DNA from: Bacilli bacterium
GTDB taxonomy: Bacteria > Bacillota_I > Bacilli_A > RFN20 > CAG-826
Assembly (NCBI GenBank): GCA_045597865.1
Contig: JAZLKX010000052.1
Coordinates: 32,001 to 96,000 of the forward strand
Reading direction: 5' to 3'
Length of the DNA: 64,000 nucleotides
In this document: positions 9,725 through 18,100 of the stretch, one piece after another
Layout of the letters: every line of letters starts with the position of its first letter
How positions within the stretch are numbered: the stretch's first letter is position 1
Program-made: the position numbers and the translations under genes
The notes under the pieces: model-generated
What the model was told of the DNA's origin: nothing
Seen by the model: only the letters and a program-made list of their open reading frames with translations
Databases searched by the model: none

Positions 9725-10015
9725 TTAAATTCCTACTTACAGGAACGAAGCTCAACCCAATGATGTTATCGGCATGTGTAGGTCATATCCCAGAGAGGCT
9801 CGCTGGGCTTTGCATTATGTGTAGCTGAATGAGAAACGATTAACCACCGTTTCGTATGCCGTCACAGGCAGGTAGTATGTAGTCCGAGTACAGGGTGACC
9901 GCTCGGTAAGCCTACCATAAGTCCTCTTGCATGTCATACAGTTCACCAGTCAAAACAAAGACTTGTGTTTCTGGAGACAGTTTGTTCCCTTGTGGGCTTA
10001 CTGTCTCCAGTTACC
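9725..10015 (+). ncRNA. candidate structured non-coding RNA
   Basis: About 8 nested/serial inverted repeats in a GC-enriched intergenic segment downstream of a TATATT box (9706); strand inferred. Confidence 0.45.
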
Positions 10016-10030
10016 ATATCAAACAAAGAA

Positions 10031-10038
10031 TATAAATA
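10031..10038 (+). promoter_or_regulatory. T4-type late promoter TATAAATA (also at 10509, 11510, 11554, 13397, 37304, 41650, 43902)
   Basis: Exact TATAAATA upstream of gene starts; established gp55 promoter consensus. Confidence 0.7.
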
Positions 10039-10079
10039 GAATAGAAACATTTAATTCAATTTTATAAAGGAGTTTTGAT

Positions 10080-10460
10080 ATGAGAACACTACAGCGTAGA
10101 CGAGCAAAGCGCGGCATGTATTCTACTGGTGTGACAACTTATCCTCGTACTATTAACCAAGTTGATAAAATTAAATCTGCTGAAAAGACTAATGTAAAGA
10201 AAATGTCTTTTGAAGAAGAGTATGAAGCTTTTATTGCTTTGGAACGAGCAAAAGCTGCAGCAGCGGAAGCCAAAGAACAGGAAGCTAAAGCTGAAGAACC
10301 TGTATTGGCACCAGGACTGTCTTATGTTGAAACTGAAGTAACAGAAACAACAGAACCAATTAAGGTTGAAGTCGTTGAGGAACCTGTAACTGAAGAAGCG
10401 GTAGTTGAACCTGTTAAGAAAACTCGTAAGAAAAAAGTTGAAGTAGCTGAAGAAGCCTAG
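10080..10460 (+). CDS. hypothetical low-complexity protein (Glu/Lys-rich)
   Basis: AAGGAG RBS, late promoter upstream, terminator downstream. Confidence 0.65.
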   Translation: MRTLQRRRAKRGMYSTGVTTYPRTINQVDKIKSAEKTNVKKMSFEEEYEAFIALERAKAAAAEAKEQEAKAEEPVLAPGLSYVETEVTETTEPIKVEVVEEPVTEEAVVEPVKKTRKKKVEVAEEA

Positions 10461-10477
10461 TTTATAGGACTTGATTT

Positions 10478-10503
10478 GAGGGTGCCGCTAAGCACCCTCT
10501 TTT
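10478..10503 (+). terminator. intrinsic terminator
   Basis: GAGGGTGC/GCACCCTC stem followed by TTTT. Confidence 0.7.
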
Positions 10504-10520
10504 AGTCTTATAAATAATTC

Positions 10521-11558
10521 ATGAAAGATATAACAATATGCAAAATAAATGAATCAGTATTAGAGATAAAGGCTGAAGATGATATTCTTCATAACCTATA
10601 CTCACGATATTCAGCATACCAAGCAGGCTATCAGTTTAATCCTAAATTCAAGTGCCGTATATGGGACGGCAAAGTTCACTTGTTCAATATCAGAACAGGT
10701 ATTCTCCCAATTGGATTCTTATTTGATGTTCTGCAGTATTGTAGGTCAAATAATTATTCATTTGACTTAGAAGGTATCACCTTAGAGGATCTGCGTCATA
10801 CTATTGATGAACAAACATACCAGCAACAGATCCTAGACAACATGAAAAATTCTGGTAGAACGCTTCGCCCATATCAAGATGAAGCAGTTCGCAAAGCATT
10901 GACCTTTAGAAAAGGTATTTTGTTATCTTGTACATCAAGCGGCAAATCAATGATGCTTTACAATATCATCAGAAACATTCGTCGTGAAGGATTTAAGAAG
11001 ATCCTTTTAATCGTTCCAAACATTTTGCTTATTAAGCAGATGTACGATGACTTCGTTGATTACGGCTATGACAATTACGAGCTAGAATTGACAAAGATGG
11101 GTGGTGATGAAACACCTGATATGTCAGCTCCTGTGTTAATCTCAACATGGCAGTCGCTGCAAAATAAGTCAGCTGACTTCTTTGAAGATTTTGATGCAGT
11201 ATTCGTTGATGAATGCCTCGCTGGTGATACTTTAATTGAAACAAAAGGAGGAAAAAAACCAATTAAAGATATTAAAGCAGGTGAATTAGTTTTATCATTT
11301 AATAATAAAACTAAGGAATTTGAATATAAAGAAGTGCTTGAGACATTTATAAATCACACATCAAGTAAATCAGCTAAAATGATAAAAATAACATTGGAAA
11401 ATGATGAAACGATTGAAATTACAGAAAATCATCCAGTGTTAACTAAAAATAGAGGTTGGGTTATTGCTGGTGAATTAACTGAAACTGATGAAATTGTTGA
11501 TGTTAATTTTATAAATAATACAAAGGATGATTTGAGTGAAGACAAATCAGCTTTATAA
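10521..11558 (+). CDS. uvsW: UvsW helicase N-terminal half fused to split-intein N fragment
   Basis: WDGK, LRPYQ, TSSGKS, LLIVP, STWQS and VFVDE, then intein block A (CLAGDT at 11214) and block B (TENHPV). Confidence 0.9.
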   Translation: MKDITICKINESVLEIKAEDDILHNLYSRYSAYQAGYQFNPKFKCRIWDGKVHLFNIRTGILPIGFLFDVLQYCRSNNYSFDLEGITLEDLRHTIDEQTYQQQILDNMKNSGRTLRPYQDEAVRKALTFRKGILLSCTSSGKSMMLYNIIRNIRREGFKKILLIVPNILLIKQMYDDFVDYGYDNYELELTKMGGDETPDMSAPVLISTWQSLQNKSADFFEDFDAVFVDECLAGDTLIETKGGKKPIKDIKAGELVLSFNNKTKEFEYKEVLETFINHTSSKSAKMIKITLENDETIEITENHPVLTKNRGWVIAGELTETDEIVDVNFINNTKDDLSEDKSAL

Positions 11559-11574
11559 ATAAAAAAAATTTTTT

Positions 11575-11630
11575 TGGCGTTTATGATGCTGTTCTTCACT
11601 TTAAGCATCATAAACGCCATTTTTTTTTTT
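11575..11630 (+). terminator. 16-bp hairpin plus T11 run upstream of the endonuclease RBS
   Basis: TGGCGTTTATGATGCT (11575-11590) / AGCATCATAAACGCCA (11604-11619), a perfect inverted repeat. Confidence 0.6.
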
Positions 11631-11642
11631 GGAGTGAAGACC

Positions 11643-12495
11643 ATGAAAAAAGAACAGTTTATTCAAGATTTCTTTAGTATCAGTTTATCTTTAACATTTA
11701 ATGCTGTTAAGGCATATAAAATGTTAATAAAATACATTGAGCACGATGTATTTTCAAGATTTCCAGAAATTTATGACGCACTAATAAAAAAATTTTTTTA
11801 TAGTGATAATTTTTATTTTAAGAAACTGTATCATAAAATAAATGGATATATTGGCGGGTTCCATCATGAACCTATTAAAGGACACGTACCATGGAATAAA
11901 GGTAAAATTGGACGAATGCCGACTCCATGGAATAAAGGTCTGACTAAAAATACTGATGCACGTTTAAAAAATCTTTCAATAAGTAGGCGTGGTGATAAAA
12001 ATCCATGTTCATATAAAAATAAACCTGATAGAACTTTAATGAATGTTAAACAATCTGAAACAATGAAACAAAAAATTCTAAATAATGAATTTACGCCAAA
12101 AACATCCAATAGACTCTGTCATAAAACATTAAAATATAATGGAAAAAATTTTAGATCATCATGGGAAATTATTTTTTATATAATAAATGATGAAAAATAT
12201 GAATATGAAACAAAAAGAGTAAAAATACGTGTTAGATGGAAAAACAAAAATTTATATTTCAGATTTTTATGATAGTGAAACCAACACAATTTTTGAAATT
12301 AAACCTGATAGGATGATGTATGAAATAAATAAAGCGAAGTATGAACTGATAAAATCCGCATGTATTAAAGAAGGATTTAATTTCATTCATATTGGCGATG
12401 AATGGTATGAATATGTAAAAAATCATAATATGTATTATGATTTTTGTTCAACTAAAATTTCATCAGAAATTATTAAAAAATTTTTTGGACGATAA
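11643..12495 (+). pseudogene. putative homing endonuclease (PWNKG repeats plus PD-(D/E)xK-like domain), +1 frameshift near 12225
   Basis: GGAG RBS; two PWNKG motifs; FRSSWE...YEYE then YISDFY...FEIK in the next frame; removing one A from 12221-12225 joins the two frames. Confidence 0.65.
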
Positions 12496-12498
12496 AAA

Positions 12499-13401
12499 AT
12501 GAAAATTAAAAAAATTGAAATCATTGAAAAACCTGAAGAAGTTTATAATATATCTGTTAAGGATAATGAAAATTATGTTGCTAATGGTATAGTCGTTCAT
12601 AATTGCCACGGCTCTCAAGCAAAGAAACTGTTTGGTATCATTGGTCATTGTGTAAATGCAAGAATCAAGATTGGAACAACAGGTACATTACCCACAGATG
12701 CAGCAGAACTGTTAAAAGTGCAGTCTGTGCTTGGTAGCGTTATCTTTGAACTTAAATCAAAGGAACTAATTGACCAAGGTGTTCTCACACAGTTGCAGAT
12801 AGCAAATGTTATTCTTAAGTATCCGCTTGAGTTTATCATGGCTAACAAAGGTAGAGCTTATCAGGAAGAGGTAAGATTGGTAGAGGATTATAGCGGGAGA
12901 AACAAAGCGCTAGAATTCATTCTTCATCATACCCCTAGCGACCATAATATACTAGTGTTAGTCAATCATATCAAACATTTAAATGATATTAAAAAGTGGT
13001 GCGAGGAAGCTTTCCCTGAACGCGAAGTAAATATCATCAGCGGCGCAGTCAAAGGTAAAGAACGCGATGAAATTCGCGTAGGCGTTGAAAATAAAAACGG
13101 ACTTATTCTGCTTGCAACATATCAGACGATGTCAACTGGTGTAAACATACCTAAGTTGCACGATGTCGTGCTATATGCAAACAGTAAATCAAAGATCAAG
13201 GTGCTTCAGTCAATAGGTCGTGGTCTTAGAAGACATGTTACCAAGAATAAGATCGTGCTTTATGATATTGTTGATGACTTATCATATCAGACAAGCAGAG
13301 GTCGTGTTGTTGAAAACTACTTATTGAAGCATTGGAAAGAACGACTTGAGTATTATAAGGAACAAGAGTTCCCATTCATATCAACCTCAATTAACATATA
13401 A
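12499..13401 (+). CDS. uvsW: split-intein C fragment fused to UvsW helicase C-terminal half
   Basis: VYNISV...YVANGIVVHN/CHG, then GTTGT, STGVNIP, QSIGRGLR and YDIVDD helicase motifs. Confidence 0.9.
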   Translation: MKIKKIEIIEKPEEVYNISVKDNENYVANGIVVHNCHGSQAKKLFGIIGHCVNARIKIGTTGTLPTDAAELLKVQSVLGSVIFELKSKELIDQGVLTQLQIANVILKYPLEFIMANKGRAYQEEVRLVEDYSGRNKALEFILHHTPSDHNILVLVNHIKHLNDIKKWCEEAFPEREVNIISGAVKGKERDEIRVGVENKNGLILLATYQTMSTGVNIPKLHDVVLYANSKSKIKVLQSIGRGLRRHVTKNKIVLYDIVDDLSYQTSRGRVVENYLLKHWKERLEYYKEQEFPFISTSINI

Positions 13402-13408
13402 ATAAAGT

Positions 13409-15199
13409 ATGGATCCTACAGTATTTTTCTATGATTGGAATTATGATCATACCAGCCATTTTTGGCCAGGTCTTATCTATTCTGAAGATAAGCGTCCGTA
13501 TTGCCGTCCTGATTTAACTGACGATGAACGTGAAAACGATGACGACGACGGCGATACACAATTTAATGACGATGATACGCGTGGTAGTACTTATTTGACT
13601 GCCAACATACTTGATGGACAAGGTGCATACCAAAATAGCGATTTACTTACATATGTAAAACTATCATCCGCTTCACAAGGTATTGGATGGTCAGATGCAA
13701 ATGCAGTATGGTATGATACTGTTTTAATGAAAGGTTCCGATACTGAAGTTTATTTTTATGATGTAGAAAACTATATTATATGTGGTATAGATGAATCTGG
13801 TGAAGTTTTAGATTTTATTAACTGTACATCTAAGAATTTGACTTGGAATGCTACGACAAAAAGATTCCAATTTACGTATAATGGTCGTTCATACGATCTG
13901 TATAGTTCTAAGGCAGTCAATGGTACATACAATAGAGTAAATAACTTAGCAACATTCGCAGCTGATGGCGCTATCGTTTTGTTTATACCACCTTCTGTAG
14001 GCAATATCAATACGGTTGGCGTTAAGTATAAAAAGAAAAGCACTGGTGATGATGTATACGCAATTCGTCATGCTGTTGAAATCGTTGCTATGTACGCTGA
14101 TGTCATGGAAGTTGACCGTTTAAATGTTTATTCAACTACCCCAGAACTATCAGCAAATGGCAAAATTGAAAAAGTACAGTTTCATAAGTCAGCTTGGACG
14201 TATAATTCACGTAAGGTTTGGGTAAAGGATTTACGAAAAACATATCCACCTAATCTTGATGATAAAACTACTGCTGAAGATGTACTTAACAACGCATTGG
14301 CCGAGCCAACGAATCCTTGGAAGACACCTGATGAATTCTACAGCGACTGGAAACCAACTGAAACGATTGTAAAAGGACCGAATGGATTTGTTAAAGCATT
14401 TAGCCGTATCTTTGGTAAGAAGTATAAGACGTATAAGATTAAGGAAACTATGCCTGTTTGGTTCTGGTGTAATACTTTACGTAACTGGTGTACTTTTAAA
14501 CACACTAAGCATCATACTCTTGAGCTATTTTTATGGAATGGTATGAATGGATGGGATCCTGCAACTAAGATAATTTTACCTGTTAAGAAACGCAGAGAGG
14601 TTTTAGCAAAATACTTATATGATGTAAAGCGATTCATCCGCGGGCCTTTCATTAGTGCACGTATCAACTATAATAACATGTATTATGCATGGCGCTCAAT
14701 TAAGCTATCTGACGATACTAAGTTCTCACAATATGATGAAGACAGTTTTCAGACTGTTAAGCTTGGTAAAACATATCTAAACAACAAAGGTACAAGAAGA
14801 TATCCATTCTCCATTGGTATTCCTCCTATCTTTAGAACTGTTGCGGGCGAAATTTGTTTGCTTTATTATCTGCGTATACCTGGTATGCAGTGGTGGTCTG
14901 ACTTAATCTATAAAGAACATGTTGATTTTATCAACTCAGTTTGCCAAGCTTACTTTGGCAAGGGTGAAGATAAGACCATCAATCAACATTGGAAGAGATA
15001 TACATTCGTTAAAGACATTTCTGAAGAATATGCCAATGAAGTAATTACTGATGAAAAGTCAACGCTGATTTATAAGCCAGAAATAAATACAATACGTGAA
15101 GATAATGAAGTACTTAACATTTCATTCACAATACCGCGTCAGTATTTTGAAACGCTGAACGGCACAGATGAATCTTATGTTGAGGAATGGAGTAGATAA
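13409..15199 (+). CDS. hypothetical late protein, probably virion-associated
   Basis: 596 aa, TATAAATA upstream, first gene of an operon ending in the gp14-like gene. Confidence 0.6.
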   Translation: MDPTVFFYDWNYDHTSHFWPGLIYSEDKRPYCRPDLTDDERENDDDDGDTQFNDDDTRGSTYLTANILDGQGAYQNSDLLTYVKLSSASQGIGWSDANAVWYDTVLMKGSDTEVYFYDVENYIICGIDESGEVLDFINCTSKNLTWNATTKRFQFTYNGRSYDLYSSKAVNGTYNRVNNLATFAADGAIVLFIPPSVGNINTVGVKYKKKSTGDDVYAIRHAVEIVAMYADVMEVDRLNVYSTTPELSANGKIEKVQFHKSAWTYNSRKVWVKDLRKTYPPNLDDKTTAEDVLNNALAEPTNPWKTPDEFYSDWKPTETIVKGPNGFVKAFSRIFGKKYKTYKIKETMPVWFWCNTLRNWCTFKHTKHHTLELFLWNGMNGWDPATKIILPVKKRREVLAKYLYDVKRFIRGPFISARINYNNMYYAWRSIKLSDDTKFSQYDEDSFQTVKLGKTYLNNKGTRRYPFSIGIPPIFRTVAGEICLLYYLRIPGMQWWSDLIYKEHVDFINSVCQAYFGKGEDKTINQHWKRYTFVKDISEEYANEVITDEKSTLIYKPEINTIREDNEVLNISFTIPRQYFETLNGTDESYVEEWSR

Positions 15200-18100
15200 A
15201 TGAGTTCCGTTGTATTTAATGCGTTTAAACAAAGATTTCTAAATGGTGAAGTTCCTAAAAATGATACATGGACATTTCTACCGGTAAATAAAAAGTTTAA
15301 TAACACATTCGTTCGTACACAGGACGAATTTAAGCTTGAGCAGTTTCGTTCACTTAGCGATTTATTTGACCATAACTTTGATGCAATGAATAATTCATAC
15401 TTTGAAGGTATTCGCACAGACTATGATTGGTATAAACCATTAGATACAAGCGGAACATCTAAACCGATGTTCATCACATCCGGTGTTTTTGATAAAGATG
15501 GCAACCAATTATCAGCAAGTAACTGGGAAGATTTTCAGAAGACCGAATTTTATAAAGATGTTTCAGGCAACCGCGATGTAAATACTTATCTTGCATCAGG
15601 TGGTTTTTATTACATCCTAAAGAAAGATGAACTTCGTTGGTTTGCTGACCGAGTAAATTCAGGCAATAATAGAATCATCGGCGTTTTGGGTGATGGCATT
15701 GACGGTGTTATTCATGGGCAGATTGGTAAATCTGAAGATTACCCATTCCAAGGCGTATTTGATGGCAATGGCCACGCTTTAGAAGATGTCACTGTTATCT
15801 GTGATAATGATGATAATGGTCTTATTGGTATCTTAGGTTCGGAAGGTACAGTTAAAAACATCAAACTTATTAACAATCAAGGATTTTTAGATGATCCTGA
15901 TAACGTTTCATTGAAATGTGAAAAACTAATTGACATAAATCATATCAAGAAGAATGGCCGAGACGTTAATGCAGGCGTTCTTGTTGGCCGTAACTATGGA
16001 CATATCGTAAACATCGATGCACATGAATTAGGACAGTTCCGTTTTTCAGGTTTCGTACCACAGGTATATTCAGTAACAAACAAATCTGATAACTATAATG
16101 ATTTTTCTACCATTCGTTCTAAGTTTGACGAAGGCGAAAATATGTATTACCTAAATTCCTGGTGTATCAATTCACCAGGAAATGTTTGCCCGTATGTTGG
16201 CTATTTTGCTGAAGGTCTTTTTGCACAATCGGCTAGAGGTTATGCGTATTCAACTGATGATGCTACTACAGCTACTATTCATTGCATTGAATCTTATCCA
16301 ACACTAAAATCAAAATACAATGCTGGTATATGCGATGCAACGTTGGACTTATCATCTGGTATGACGAGATTTGGATTCTTCGTCAAGGCTGCTGCGGATC
16401 AAGGCATTTACAAGGACGGCGGTGAACATGATGCTGAACGAAAGGCATGTTTAACCGATCCGCTTTATTATCAGTACGCTGATACTGAGTGGGGAACAAA
16501 CTGTGTACTTTTCTTAGGTTATACTGGTAAAGATGAACTGGGCAAAGACATTAAATACTTTATTGAGATTAACGGTACTGCTTATGATAAGAAGGCAAAG
16601 AAAGGACAACGCCGTTATTATTTCCATGCTGGACATTTTAACTATAAGAAAAATTTAACTTATAAAGTTCTAGGAAGCAACTTTAATAGCTGGGGTGAAA
16701 ACTGGGGCGATGATAGTGATGACGATAGCCTGTCACGAAAATACTATTATCCTTTAGGTGATGGCGATAAGTACGCTATTAAGTGCGCGTTTGTATTTTC
16801 AAATGGCGAGGATGATGCTGAAACAAATGATGATGATGGCATTAGCGATGAAGACTTTGAAGTAAATGATAATGATATCCGCGTTTATACTGCTGACGGT
16901 ATTCCTGCTAAGATTGTGTCATTTGACTGGACTGCTCTACGATGGACGCCATTGAATAAAGATACATCAAGTTCTGTATGGAATGATATTAAGTATAAAT
17001 TGCATATTAGAAAAGGCGTTTATTATTATGGCGGTACTATTATTGACAACTCAGATATATCACAACCAGGTAAACCCAGAACATGGCTATTCTTCTTTGT
17101 TGTTAACGAAGAAAATCCAACTGTAACAAAAGACAGCAAGGATGACGCTGGTATAGGTTTACATTCAGCCTTGAATTTTGAAGAATATGACACTGAAACA
17201 CACTGGTGTGGAACGGCAACGAATAAAGGGCGCTGGGCGTATTATGATGAAGAATTGTCAGTTGAAGATGCGTATAAAAAAGCATGCAACGGCGATTTTG
17301 GTATGGCAGTTCCTGAAGCAATGCGTTCAGCTTTAACTGATGCAGCGTCTGTTAAAATTGCAGATGACGCTTGTGCTGAAAAATCTTATATGTTCCACTG
17401 GGAATATGAAAAGAATACTACTGGACCTAATCACTACGCAACAAAAATTCTTGTTGACGATTCTGATAAGTCAGACCTTAGCGCGTATTTATCGCATCGT
17501 CAAGAGACATGGAAAGACGGTGTACATTTTAATGGTTTGCATAAGTATGATATGCTAGTAAACAGTAATGTGTATGCTGCGGGTACAATGGTATTGACTT
17601 TATTGCAAGTTTCTGATTTTCAGTATCGTCCATTTGTGCATGCATCTGAAACTGATAATTTAGTTTATGTAAATGAAACAGATCCAACTACATGGAAAAG
17701 TAATCCATCTTTATTCCCAGGTGCACGTTTTGGTGATGTTTCTGGAATTTATGGTTTTGCTCCAACCTTGCAGTATTTTACTGACGCTGCGCGTCGTTAT
17801 GCAATGAATCCAAATTATTACGGATTAGACGTTGATGGTTTCTGGACTACAAACTGTGTTCGCCCAGATCCTGAGAACGATCCTTGGAAAAACCAACATA
17901 CAGGCCGTGAAAGCTGGATTTCAACTCTGAACTTTAACTGGAATATCATGCGCCACATGTTTGATACCGAAAATGATTATTATAAGCGCATGGCTGAATA
18001 TGACCAGGTTAATGATCCTGAGCCATACCGTTATGATACACACATTGAAATGCATAACCAATTTATGCCGCCCGAGGTTTATAAAGGTCTTGACTTTACT

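Larger units (their letters stand above)
11214..12603 (+). mobile_element. split intein with intervening endonuclease gene
   Basis: IntN 11214-11555 (114 aa); IntC 12499-12603 (35 aa, ending VVHN before Cys+1); AT-rich compared with the exteins. Confidence 0.88.

Noticed and set aside
9640-9828. 62-aa ORF in the uvsY intergenic region
   Set aside because: No RBS, atypical composition, and it overlaps promoter-like and structured sequence
9871-9900. Group I intron or RNase P similarity (GTATGTAGTCCGAG)
   Set aside because: Partner core elements not found and no interrupted gene
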